Of a DNA stretch of 64,000 nucleotides, positions 43,244 through 51,649 are shown piece by piece. Position 1 is the first letter of the stretch; each line of letters begins with the position of its first letter. The stretch is taken from the IMG/VR virus record IMGVR_UViG_3300006903_000012; one strand, written 5' to 3'. The notes under the pieces are model-generated. The model was not told the DNA's origin. It searched no databases and was given only the letters and a program-made list of their open reading frames with translations. The DNA is from a virus. Both the position numbers and the translations under genes were made by a program.

Positions 43244-43975
43244 CTAATGCGAACGAATAAACTCTGATGGTGACAACCAGCCTTCAGTCACTGGTAAATC
43301 TTGATACTTATCTAATTGACACACCGGCCAATAACCGGGGCCAGGTGGGAAGTTTTTATGTCGGCGCCCACAAGCCGCTTGCTCACCATTGATATAATCC
43401 TTTAGATAAAAAGACCGGATCTCAAAATGCAAATGCGAATTATACATATCACCCGGCCACATACAAACTTGACCCAATGGTTGTCCTAACTCAACTATCT
43501 GACCAGCTGCAACAACTAGTCGATCCAAATGACTATACACTGAAAAGACATTCTTGTGGCCGACAATAAGCACACCGCAGGGATAATTGACCATTTCAGC
43601 ATACATCACTTGCCCATCAGCCACTGATAGAATTAACTGGTTAACTGTAACCAACCAATAACCGAAATCCGCATCCCATGTGTTTGGCTTAATCATCCAA
43701 TCTTCACCGGCATGAAACCCGCCATCCGATCGACTATAGATTTGAAAGTTTTGATATATAAACCACTGCCCAGGATGCTTGAATGGATAAGAAAAATGTT
43801 CTTCTATTGGCGATAAGACAAACTCTTTAGGAGTCACAACAGTCGATATGATTTCTTCCGATTTGCCAAATCCTAACCCTTTTTCACTGACACTGTTATC
43901 CATTGTATGATGAGTTACTGGTGAGCCAAAAAGAAGACCATAACAAAAGAGACAAAATAAATGTCTGAGTTTCAT
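43244..43975 (-). CDS. secreted M23 family metallopeptidase
   Basis: Signal-like N-terminus, HAGEDW (HxxxD) and NSHLHFEI (HxH). Confidence 0.8.
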   Translation of the reverse strand: MKLRHLFCLFCYGLLFGSPVTHHTMDNSVSEKGLGFGKSEEIISTVVTPKEFVLSPIEEHFSYPFKHPGQWFIYQNFQIYSRSDGGFHAGEDWMIKPNTWDADFGYWLVTVNQLILSVADGQVMYAEMVNYPCGVLIVGHKNVFSVYSHLDRLVVAAGQIVELGQPLGQVCMWPGDMYNSHLHFEIRSFYLKDYINGEQAACGRRHKNFPPGPGYWPVCQLDKYQDLPVTEGWLSPSEFIRSH

Positions 43976-44238
43976 TTGAAACTAATCTCATCACTATAAC
44001 CGCTGTCAAGAATGCTTGGAATTTGATTCAAGGGAATTTGATTTGTTTCGGCTAGATAATTGATTAACCGACTAAGTGCTCGTTCAACATTTAATTGTCG
44101 TTGCTGTAAATCTTCTATTTGTGTTCCTTCGTAATTATCGGCTAACGATGCAGCAATATAATCATCTAAATCGACCAACTCATCAAGATTATTCCCAACT
44201 AGACTGTGCCAGCTACGCATTACTTGGATTTTTGTCAT
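43972..44238 (-). CDS. hypothetical protein
   Basis: 88-aa ORF with an ATGA-type overlap. Confidence 0.5.
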   Translation of the reverse strand: MTKIQVMRSWHSLVGNNLDELVDLDDYIAASLADNYEGTQIEDLQQRQLNVERALSRLINYLAETNQIPLNQIPSILDSGYSDEISFK

Positions 44239-44244
44239 GTTAGC

Positions 44245-44679
44245 TCACTTGGAATAATAACCATATAACAAACCGATTGATTTTTTTGTCAGACGGTATT
44301 GCTTCTCACCGATTTCTTCCAAAAGATCATCAGCTACCATTGTTGAATGATTGTACTTCGAATTATAAATCGCTGAAAGATCACCGGTCTCAATACAATT
44401 TTTTAGCATCAATGCTAATAGCTGCTCTTTCTGACTTAGATCGTATTGAATTCCTTCAAGCATACCGAACGGATGAAAGTGTGGTATCAGAAAATCTGTC
44501 GCGCTCAGTCCTGAAGTCAAGGTTGTTTGAATCAGCAACCAAATAAGAAACCCGCCCAGAATAGTTAACAGCAAGGAACTAGAAAAACTTAACCCACTGG
44601 CACCCATCGCAATCCCAATACCTAAAACTGAGCTAATAATCAGAGATGGCAATTTATTTTTCATTTTTATCCTTAGCAT
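44245..44679 (-). CDS. membrane protein
   Basis: 144 aa with two N-terminal TM helices. Confidence 0.55.
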   Translation of the reverse strand: MLRIKMKNKLPSLIISSVLGIGIAMGASGLSFSSSLLLTILGGFLIWLLIQTTLTSGLSATDFLIPHFHPFGMLEGIQYDLSQKEQLLALMLKNCIETGDLSAIYNSKYNHSTMVADDLLEEIGEKQYRLTKKSIGLLYGYYSK

Positions 44680-44863
44680 ATGAGATCCCGACTAGATACC
44701 CAAGGCCAGATAGAACAATGGAAGAAATCAATCTAGCGTAGGCATCCCAGTCTGTAAATGGTGTACAGTCGGGCAGTTGACCTTGCTTTCCTACAAGAAT
44801 ACCAAAGGGAACTAAGATCATAACCAAAAGAAGGCAGATACGAAGAACTGTTGTTTTTGACAT
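44654..44863 (-). CDS. small membrane protein
   Basis: 69 aa with two hydrophobic helices. Confidence 0.5.
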   Translation of the reverse strand: MSKTTVLRICLLLVMILVPFGILVGKQGQLPDCTPFTDWDAYARLISSIVLSGLGYLVGISYAKDKNEK

Positions 44864-45140
44864 TTTTTTATTTTCCTACTTTTTGATTTGCGGCTCTTTG
44901 ATATTCTGCATCCGAGACATAAGATAAATAAATCACTAAAGCCGCCAAGTGAATATCCAATCAATTGTGCCAGCTGTACTCGATCAGCATTGGCGAATGG
45001 CAAAGTTGCAAGTTTATTTAAATCGATGCTGCCATTGTCTATAAGATATCTAATTATTTCATTTTGCTTGAATCGAATTACACCGTGAGAGTCTCTAATA
45101 AGCGGCTGACATGGGTGCTCTTGTTTCTTCTGGTGGCCCA
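44818..45140 (-). CDS. hypothetical protein
   Basis: Trimmed to the ATG at 45140 (MGHQKKQEHP...), which has a GAAAGGA SD. The track TTG start at 45177 lies in the terminator tail. Confidence 0.5.
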
Positions 45141-45177
45141 TAAAGTCTATCCTTTCTTCTAAACTAAGAGAAAACAA

Positions 45178-45206
45178 AAACAGTTATAAGATAAATATAA
45201 CTGTTT
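45178..45206 (-). terminator. candidate intrinsic terminator
   Basis: An 11-bp inverted repeat AAACAGUUAUA/UAUAACUGUUU with a 7-nt loop, followed on the minus strand by UUGUUUUCUCUU. The stem is A/U-rich and therefore weak. Confidence 0.4.
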
Positions 45207-45306
45207 ATAAGAATATAATATTTAATTAATGTAATACATCTTCATCCTGCCGGCCTTCTGTGATTTTAATTAGTTTTTAGAATCTGACTAGGGCAGTTTG
45301 AAAATT

Positions 45307-46329
45307 TTAAGGTTGATACCGCTTTTTGATTTTCATTGAGTTTAGTGATAGTTTTCTTAACCTTTTTGAACTAAGTGAGTTTATCAAATCCTCCGCTGTA
45401 TGACCTAACTGGTTATATTCAGTAAAGTCTTTGAAGTTTCCCGGTGGCAAGTGTTCTACCCACGCTCGGGGCCCAATCAACCCCGCATCGGATATCGCTG
45501 CCTTTTCTTCACCCTTATCTGGAATTAGAATGATTTCATTATTACATTTTGAGAACCAGGTCGGATCAACCGCTAAAGCTCCATTCGTGGGTGAGACTGA
45601 AAACAAACCATTTTGATCGGCCAGTTTAGCATCTAGCTCACCATAGAACATAAAGAGTACCGGTGAACCTAACGCACAAGCTGCAAACATCGATTCGCGG
45701 TTATACAACACCTTATGATTATAACCAGTGACACCACTGTATCGCCGCTTAGCCGACTTCGCTGCCGCCCGAAACCGTAGACACAGTAATTCGCTCTCTT
45801 GCGGTTTATTTTCCCAAACAGTAATTACATAATTCTGACCATCCCAACCCCATAGCTCTCGATTAATTGTCTTATAGGTAAACCCGCGAGATAAGAAATA
45901 GGCAATCCGGTTCGGATAAGTCTTTAGAATCTTATGGTATGAGTTGGCTAATTGCAATAAGTCAACTGGCTCTGGTTCCGGCTCTGGTTTTCGTTCGACC
46001 GGCTTGGGTAATGGTGTTCCTAAAATGGTTTCGACCAACTGTAAAAATTGTCGACCTTTTGGGACGTCTTGTGCACCCAAAGTCTTATAGGCAAACCAGT
46101 TGAAGATATTGCCATGTGACTCACATACGGTTGCCAAGCAATAGTAATGATCGGCATAGACCAAAAGCGACGGGGAATCATCTGCATGAATACCAAAAGG
46201 ACACCGACCACTTTTATAGCTTCCATACGTCCGCTCCTCCTCCAGTTGGATGACTCCCCGTAGATCAATCGATTTTGCTTGCTCAATCATTCTAGAAACA
46301 CTATCATTCCTCGTCTTCATCCTCATCAC
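45307..46329 (-). CDS. DNA primase (CHC2 zinc finger plus TOPRIM)
   Basis: CPFGIHADDSPSLLVYADHYYCLATVCESHGNIFNW and the TOPRIM-like EIILIPDKGEEKAA. Confidence 0.7.
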   Translation of the reverse strand: MMRMKTRNDSVSRMIEQAKSIDLRGVIQLEEERTYGSYKSGRCPFGIHADDSPSLLVYADHYYCLATVCESHGNIFNWFAYKTLGAQDVPKGRQFLQLVETILGTPLPKPVERKPEPEPEPVDLLQLANSYHKILKTYPNRIAYFLSRGFTYKTINRELWGWDGQNYVITVWENKPQESELLCLRFRAAAKSAKRRYSGVTGYNHKVLYNRESMFAACALGSPVLFMFYGELDAKLADQNGLFSVSPTNGALAVDPTWFSKCNNEIILIPDKGEEKAAISDAGLIGPRAWVEHLPPGNFKDFTEYNQLGHTAEDLINSLSSKRLRKLSLNSMKIKKRYQP

Positions 46330-47383
46330 CGAGTTTCTTCAACAAAAAGGCCACTTGCTTGTCATTTAGTTGCTTGAAACTCTTAGGCATGTCTTTCTTC
46401 TTCATCAGTGGCAGCAAATTGTCTTTGGCCCACATCTTGCCATTTTCTGACAATTTGCCAGTGCTGTCCCAAGCTGATTTCTTGGTTGCATCTCGACACA
46501 GTTCATCAATTCGAGCAAAAAGTTTAGCAATGTTCTGTGCAGCATATTCTTCGCCTTCATCAACCTTGCCAGTCACCGGAACACCGGATGACTTTTCCAA
46601 CTTCATAATGCGACCATCACTAACAGTAACCCGCATTACAATCAGACTCTTAGCATTCCGTTTTTGCAGCATCTGCTCAATTTCTGGCAATCCATTTTCT
46701 GGATCTTCAAAATCGGAATCTGGCTCCATCTTCTCGGTCGAGATTGAATGCAAATCAAGCAATGTTTTGAAGCCGGCCCCTTGTCCAGCTCCATCAAACA
46801 TCCACTCATCCTCCTCGTCTTTGACAATGCAGTAATGCTCGGTTCTAGTAAAGGTAGCATTTTCATTGTCGCCGCCAACTACACGATATTCGATTTTGAA
46901 TTCATTCTTGTCGTACTCGTAATCCTTACCTTCGCGACCTTTTCGTGTCTCGTGCTTGTTTTCCCAAACGGGCTTGCCAGTATTCTTGTCTCGATTCACA
47001 AAACGAGAAAAGACAACATCAAATTCACCTTCCCATGGTCGCATGCCGGAACCGAAATCATTGAACATATATACGGCTGTTTTGCATTGCTTGGCTTTAG
47101 CAATCTTTTCAAACTTTTCTAGAGCCACCTCGATTCCACTCTCATCATAGACACGCTTGATCTTCTCAATCGGCACACCCAAAGCGCCACACACCGCCTT
47201 AAACTTTACATCTTTAAACTTCCAGACAACTGAATATGGAATCTCTTGCTCAACTCCTTCGCCAGTCATCCGAAACATCAAGCGGTCGCCGTCTTTGCCA
47301 ATCAAGCCCAGCTTATTGCCCTTCCGAACCAGCTCCTTGAAAGTTGCTTCGATTGCCCCGAAATGTTTCTCTTTCGTTTTCAT
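46304..47383 (-). CDS. hypothetical protein with acidic C-terminal tail (possible ssDNA-binding protein)
   Basis: 359 aa ending in KKLGDEDEDEE, located in the replication module. Function is inferred from the tail and position only. Confidence 0.3.
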   Translation of the reverse strand: MKTKEKHFGAIEATFKELVRKGNKLGLIGKDGDRLMFRMTGEGVEQEIPYSVVWKFKDVKFKAVCGALGVPIEKIKRVYDESGIEVALEKFEKIAKAKQCKTAVYMFNDFGSGMRPWEGEFDVVFSRFVNRDKNTGKPVWENKHETRKGREGKDYEYDKNEFKIEYRVVGGDNENATFTRTEHYCIVKDEEDEWMFDGAGQGAGFKTLLDLHSISTEKMEPDSDFEDPENGLPEIEQMLQKRNAKSLIVMRVTVSDGRIMKLEKSSGVPVTGKVDEGEEYAAQNIAKLFARIDELCRDATKKSAWDSTGKLSENGKMWAKDNLLPLMKKKDMPKSFKQLNDKQVAFLLKKLGDEDEDEE

Positions 47384-47845
47384 TTATTTCCTTTCCTTAG
47401 ACAAGTCTTTCAAATTTAGCGGACCTAGAAATCCGGTATAGACACGTTGTTCACCGGATTGCATTTCTTCCAATGCCTTTTCAATAATAGTTGACTTCAA
47501 TGTACATGGAAACTGATAAAACTTACTACGCGGCGATGATACCCACGCAATGACTCGCATCACGTCTAGAAACTCAAACTTGGCTAGAATCAAAGGTATC
47601 TGCTGTTTGACATACCAGCGAGTAAGTACTGGATGCTGTCGCCCAATCATTTCAACCCAATAAGAAAAAACTGATTGCTCAGTCGGTTCTTTGAATCGGA
47701 CGGGCGGTTGCCACTCACTGTCTAATATGTCAATTGCTTGTCCGGCCTGGTTTGGGGGCTGCCAATCTACTAATTCCTCGATATTTACAGGGGCGGGCTT
47801 GGATGTTAGATACATGAGTGTCTGAACCCCCAAAACTGGTTCCAA
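47384..47845 (-). CDS. hypothetical protein
   Basis: 153-aa ORF with a TTG track start. The first ATG is 10 codons in. Confidence 0.5.
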   Translation of the reverse strand: MEPVLGVQTLMYLTSKPAPVNIEELVDWQPPNQAGQAIDILDSEWQPPVRFKEPTEQSVFSYWVEMIGRQHPVLTRWYVKQQIPLILAKFEFLDVMRVIAWVSSPRSKFYQFPCTLKSTIIEKALEEMQSGEQRVYTGFLGPLNLKDLSKERK

Positions 47846-48342
47846 AACAGCTCATTTTCCACCCCAAAATCGAGAAATTTGACACCTTTTACGGTGATCA
47901 TACCGAAACTAAGGAATATGTACATAAGGGCACCAAAACTCTTCAAAATCGGTGATTTTAGGTTGTTTGATTATTAGGATTAGTCTAAGTCCTTTTTATA
48001 CTGCTGGGAGCCTCTTTAGGTCTGCTCACACAAAACTTCACAGGCAGGGCGGCGCGCGATGTTGTGTGATTCGGGTCTTGTACCTAACCAGCAATATTTA
48101 ACTAGATTTTTTCAATAACCGGATAACCTTTAGTATCAATTTTCAGACCTAAATCGCTAGAGACTTGTTCTAGTTGAATTTTGCCTTTGCCGTCAGTATC
48201 GACGACTAATCGTAGAACCCTTTCACCATTAATCTCTAAATAAACATCTCCATCATCATCGCTCAAAGAAACCGCTCTTTGATCTTGATCGTGTGATTCA
48301 ACATAAAATTTCGTTTTTATTTATCCTTTCAGAGATAATAAA

Positions 48343-48951
48343 TTATTCGTCCTCGTCTTCATCCAGCAAATCTTCTAGGTCAAAATCTTCGTCACTATCT
48401 TTCTTCTTTGATTTTTTCTTAGCATCTTTTTTACCTTTTTTGGGTGTTTCTTCTTCATCCTCGTCTTCCTCATCATCACTTTCGTCTTCTTCGTCTTCAT
48501 CCTCGTCTTCTTCGACGACTTTAGATTTCTTGCCTGGTTTCTTACTATTAGTTTTCTTTACTGGCTTCTCATCCTCTTCATCGTCTTCGTCGGAATCATC
48601 TTCCAGATCCAATTCTTCCTCATCTTCGTCTTCATCTGAAGCAGGCTTACCAGCAAAACTAGAACCATTTTTGAAGTTTTTCAAGATGCCATCGATTCCA
48701 TCAAGTCCCAGGATAGCAACTTTACCCTTGCCATCGGTCACCTTGGTCGGAACTTGCACAACAACCTTGCCCACCGGCTCCAAACGAGCAGTCACATTTC
48801 CGGTGCCAGGGCTTACCAAAACTTCTTTCAACTCCAGTGGCACCAGCGCTTCACCGCCCTTTTTGGATTTCTTAGTTTCCACTGCATCTTCATCTTTACC
48901 AACTTTGGTGGCGCGCTTCTTACCACGAACGACCTTGTTTCTTTTAACCAT
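48343..48951 (-). CDS. poly-acidic / lysine-block protein
   Basis: 202 aa. Basic N-terminus, a short folded-looking core, then long D/E runs alternating with K-rich blocks, ending in DLLDEDEDE. Confidence 0.65.
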   Translation of the reverse strand: MVKRNKVVRGKKRATKVGKDEDAVETKKSKKGGEALVPLELKEVLVSPGTGNVTARLEPVGKVVVQVPTKVTDGKGKVAILGLDGIDGILKNFKNGSSFAGKPASDEDEDEEELDLEDDSDEDDEEDEKPVKKTNSKKPGKKSKVVEEDEDEDEEDESDDEEDEDEEETPKKGKKDAKKKSKKKDSDEDFDLEDLLDEDEDE

Positions 48952-48995
48952 GTGAATTTATTCTCCTAGAATAAGATGATAAGTTAACTGACTGA

Positions 48996-49376
48996 TTAGA
49001 TATTTTGCGCTTCTGCTTCTAAATCTAAACTATTGTCATCGGCCTCCTGATTAAGTTCTGCTAATGCCATTGTCAACGCCACACCTAGACGAAGCGTTCC
49101 TAAAACAACTATTTGAACGCTGTCATCAACTATCACATCTTTAGTATTTGGCAAAATCCGTCGACACTCCTCTAAAACTTTATCCAAAAATATAGTTTGC
49201 CAAAACAAAACATCAACTACATTAGTTTTGCTGTCAACATAATTTTCCAGCAAAGCCAATACTTCAAAAATCTTATTATCTAGTTTAGGAATTGTCCCGA
49301 TCCCCGGAATAGCAAACTTCGGTTCCAATTCATCGTAAGCTAGCTTCCATTGCTCATCAGTTAAAATAACTGCCAT
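48996..49376 (-). CDS. hypothetical protein
   Basis: 126-aa ORF. Confidence 0.55.
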   Translation of the reverse strand: MAVILTDEQWKLAYDELEPKFAIPGIGTIPKLDNKIFEVLALLENYVDSKTNVVDVLFWQTIFLDKVLEECRRILPNTKDVIVDDSVQIVVLGTLRLGVALTMALAELNQEADDNSLDLEAEAQNI

Positions 49377-49387
49377 CTATTTCCTTT

Positions 49388-49588
49388 CTACTCATCTCGA
49401 TTATTCCACGTTACCGGAGTATCAGATTCTTTCCCTTTACGGGCTTCAGCGCGTGTCCGATAACCATATCGGATATGATTGTCCGCACCTGTTGGACCAA
49501 ATTCAATCATTACAGTTGCATACCACAAACCATCACGACCTTTCCTCACATGCTTAGCAAACTTTCGACTCTTCTCAATATCGTCCAT
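49388..49588 (-). CDS. hypothetical protein
   Basis: 66-aa ORF. Confidence 0.5.
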   Translation of the reverse strand: MDDIEKSRKFAKHVRKGRDGLWYATVMIEFGPTGADNHIRYGYRTRAEARKGKESDTPVTWNNRDE

Positions 49589-49606
49589 TTTCTTTTATCC
49601 TCTCTA

Positions 49607-49888
49607 CTAAATAGACTCAGAAATTCTAGCAATATCAAAAGCAAATAAAGGTTGCACAATATTGTCAGGTGTTTGTAAAGCAACTTTCATAGCATACTGA
49701 CTAACACGTTTCATAACCGGCAGAGGTCTGGCTGCTAATGTTTCTGAAATCTCCCGACAATATCGCAAATAATCACCTAATCGCATGCCCAAAGCAGTTG
49801 CTTCTTCATTCACGTGCGCCACGGCCAAGATTTCAGTCGGCCGATTTTCTTGTCTTTTGTGTTTGTCGTCTCTCTTTAATCTGGGCAT
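49607..49888 (-). CDS. hypothetical protein
   Basis: 93-aa ORF. Confidence 0.5.
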   Translation of the reverse strand: MPRLKRDDKHKRQENRPTEILAVAHVNEEATALGMRLGDYLRYCREISETLAARPLPVMKRVSQYAMKVALQTPDNIVQPLFAFDIARISESI

Positions 49889-50114
49889 GGAACAACCCCT
49901 CTAATGATTCCGCATAGAATGCAAATTCTCTAGTCTCCTTTACTGTTTTTGGAAGATAAATCACATTTGGCAATTGGTTGAATTTTTCTTTGAAGCGAGC
50001 CAGAGCAGTTTTCAACTCTTGTTTTAGTTTACCATCAGCCCGCCACCACCACCAGTATGATTTAGCTAACTTATCAGGCATTCTGCTAACGATTTTTACG
50101 TTTCCTTTTTTCAC
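49833..50114 (-). CDS. hypothetical protein, paralog of 50406-50618
   Basis: VKIVSRMPDKL...W...ALARFKEKFNQLPNVIYL aligns with IKVVRTLPKKI...W...ALRWFHKEFHYWPKVIEV. Confidence 0.5.
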   Translation of the reverse strand: MKKGNVKIVSRMPDKLAKSYWWWWRADGKLKQELKTALARFKEKFNQLPNVIYLPKTVKETREFAFYAESLEGLFHAQIKERRQTQKTRKSAD

Positions 50115-50436
50115 GTAATGCTCTCCTTCTGTTCAACTCTTGTTTATATAATTTAGCTAAATGTCTCAGCAGCACCTTCCTTTCTTTATACTGAATGTCC
50201 ATTAGCTCAGCTCGAATAGTGGCCCCCAATAAGTTGGCCGAAAAATAAGGAATTTTATGCTGGCAAACTAAAATAGCTAGCCCTAGCTGCTCGAACATCT
50301 CATCATAGTCAGTTCGAAATCCATAAGACTCCAACTGATATTTTAGTTTGCTAATGTAGATATATAACTCTCTCGGCCACTTTTCAGGTTGTGCCATACA
50401 GCACCTCACATTACCGATTTTACTTTCGGATGCCAC
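50086..50436 (-). CDS. hypothetical protein
   Basis: 116-aa ORF with a basic C-terminus. Confidence 0.5.
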   Translation of the reverse strand: MASESKIGNVRCCMAQPEKWPRELYIYISKLKYQLESYGFRTDYDEMFEQLGLAILVCQHKIPYFSANLLGATIRAELMDIQYKERKVLLRHLAKLYKQELNRRRALREKRKRKNR

Positions 50437-50618
50437 ATTCGAACATGGTAAAGGTCAGCAAATTCTGTATCTTCAACTTCAATTACTTTAGGCCAGTAAT
50501 GAAATTCTTTATGAAACCATCGTAGCGCTTTGTGAATGGTTGTATGATACCGCCCAGGCCAGAAATCGTTTCTGATCTTCTTTGGCAGCGTCCTAACAAC
50601 TTTTATTTTAGTTTTCAC
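50406..50618 (-). CDS. hypothetical protein, paralog of 49833-50114
   Basis: 70-aa ORF with a GTG start. Confidence 0.5.
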   Translation of the reverse strand: MKTKIKVVRTLPKKIRNDFWPGRYHTTIHKALRWFHKEFHYWPKVIEVEDTEFADLYHVRMWHPKVKSVM

Positions 50619-50752
50619 ATCTTCTTATCACGACTAGCTTCAACTGCTCGACCCATTTCGACCACACTGTCGAATCCCCAACGGACAGCAATCTGTGCAA
50701 CCGTCAATCCTTTATTTCTAAGAAATACCCAAGCCTTCCAAAGAAGTTGCAT
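50615..50752 (-). CDS. 45-aa helix-turn-helix-like micro-protein
   Basis: Hand translation: MQLLWKAWVFLRNKGLTVAQIAVRWGFDSVVEMGRAVEASRDKKM. The ATG overlaps the queE stop (TAATG) and the stop overlaps the next start. Confidence 0.4.
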   Translation of the reverse strand: MQLLWKAWVFLRNKGLTVAQIAVRWGFDSVVEMGRAVEASRDKKM

Positions 50753-51645
50753 TAGACACCTGCCTTTTGTCCCCAGGCTAAAGCATGCAATTGGGGAAAG
50801 ACAATAAAATTCTTGAATCTAACATCCTTAGCGGTGATTTCAAAGAAATATTGAAGGTTATCACAAATCGCTTGCCGAACTGAAAACACGTTTTCGTCAT
50901 CAGGATATTGTAGATTCGGATCAAGATAAAAATGTTGAGGAGCTAGTGGTGTTCCCACACTTAGATACCGGGGCACTTGGAACTCTCCGATTTCTTGGCT
51001 CGCCCAATGAATCCATTCCAAATCTGTACCATCAAATGCCACAAATTTCAAAGCAGTTATATATTCTCGCGGTTGCGTCTGCAGCAAACTCCAAACTATA
51101 TCTTTCTCAAATCGATTGCTCATCCCGCTCGATGGCGGTTTAGGTGAAACCACTAAACAATTCATAGCTAGATGTACATCTAACGAGAGTCGACGGCTGC
51201 CTTGGGTCTCCATTGCCAATTTATAGGTTCCGCCAAATCGAGCTACAAATTCAGCATCTACAAACAAAGCTGGATTGCCGCCTGACAAGGTAATCCAATC
51301 ATCAGACTGCAAACCCAAAGACTGTAGCCGACTGTGAATCTCATCAACAGTTAGCATTTCCTTTTTCCAACCAGGATACTTAGGCAAGACAGCATATTTT
51401 GTGTCGCACCAACTACAATCCCAGTCGCAACCAGCAAAACGGACAAAGAATGTTCGACGACCGGCTAAAGGACCCTCTCCCTGCGTTGTTGGGCCGAATA
51501 CCTCTGAAATGGGATACTTATATGTTGAGACTTTTTGAAGAAATGTATTATTCAACTTCTGCGGTTCGACCATAGGATGATTTTGCATAAACTCTCGATA
51601 AAAATCTTCACGAGCTTCAATATCTTCTTCTGTTAGTAATCGCAT
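50752..51645 (-). CDS. queE: 7-carboxy-7-deazaguanine synthase (radical SAM)
   Basis: TTQGEGPLAGRRTFFVRFAGCDWDCSWCDTKY. Confidence 0.85.
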   Translation of the reverse strand: MRLLTEEDIEAREDFYREFMQNHPMVEPQKLNNTFLQKVSTYKYPISEVFGPTTQGEGPLAGRRTFFVRFAGCDWDCSWCDTKYAVLPKYPGWKKEMLTVDEIHSRLQSLGLQSDDWITLSGGNPALFVDAEFVARFGGTYKLAMETQGSRRLSLDVHLAMNCLVVSPKPPSSGMSNRFEKDIVWSLLQTQPREYITALKFVAFDGTDLEWIHWASQEIGEFQVPRYLSVGTPLAPQHFYLDPNLQYPDDENVFSVRQAICDNLQYFFEITAKDVRFKNFIVFPQLHALAWGQKAGV

Positions 51646-51649
51646 TGGT

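Noticed and set aside
47876-47905. A plus-strand sigma70-like promoter (TTGACA at 47878-47883).
   Set aside because: There is no convincing -10 at 16-18 nt spacing and no plus-strand gene downstream to transcribe.
48293-48955. 220-aa plus-strand ORF, extremely Ser-rich (SSSSSKSSRSKSS...).
   Set aside because: It is the antisense shadow of the GAA/GAT/GAC-rich poly-acidic gene on the minus strand (48343-48951). The minus-strand gene has a proper start and fits the one-strand gene organisation. GAN codons read in antisense give NTC, producing Ser/Leu/Phe runs without stops.
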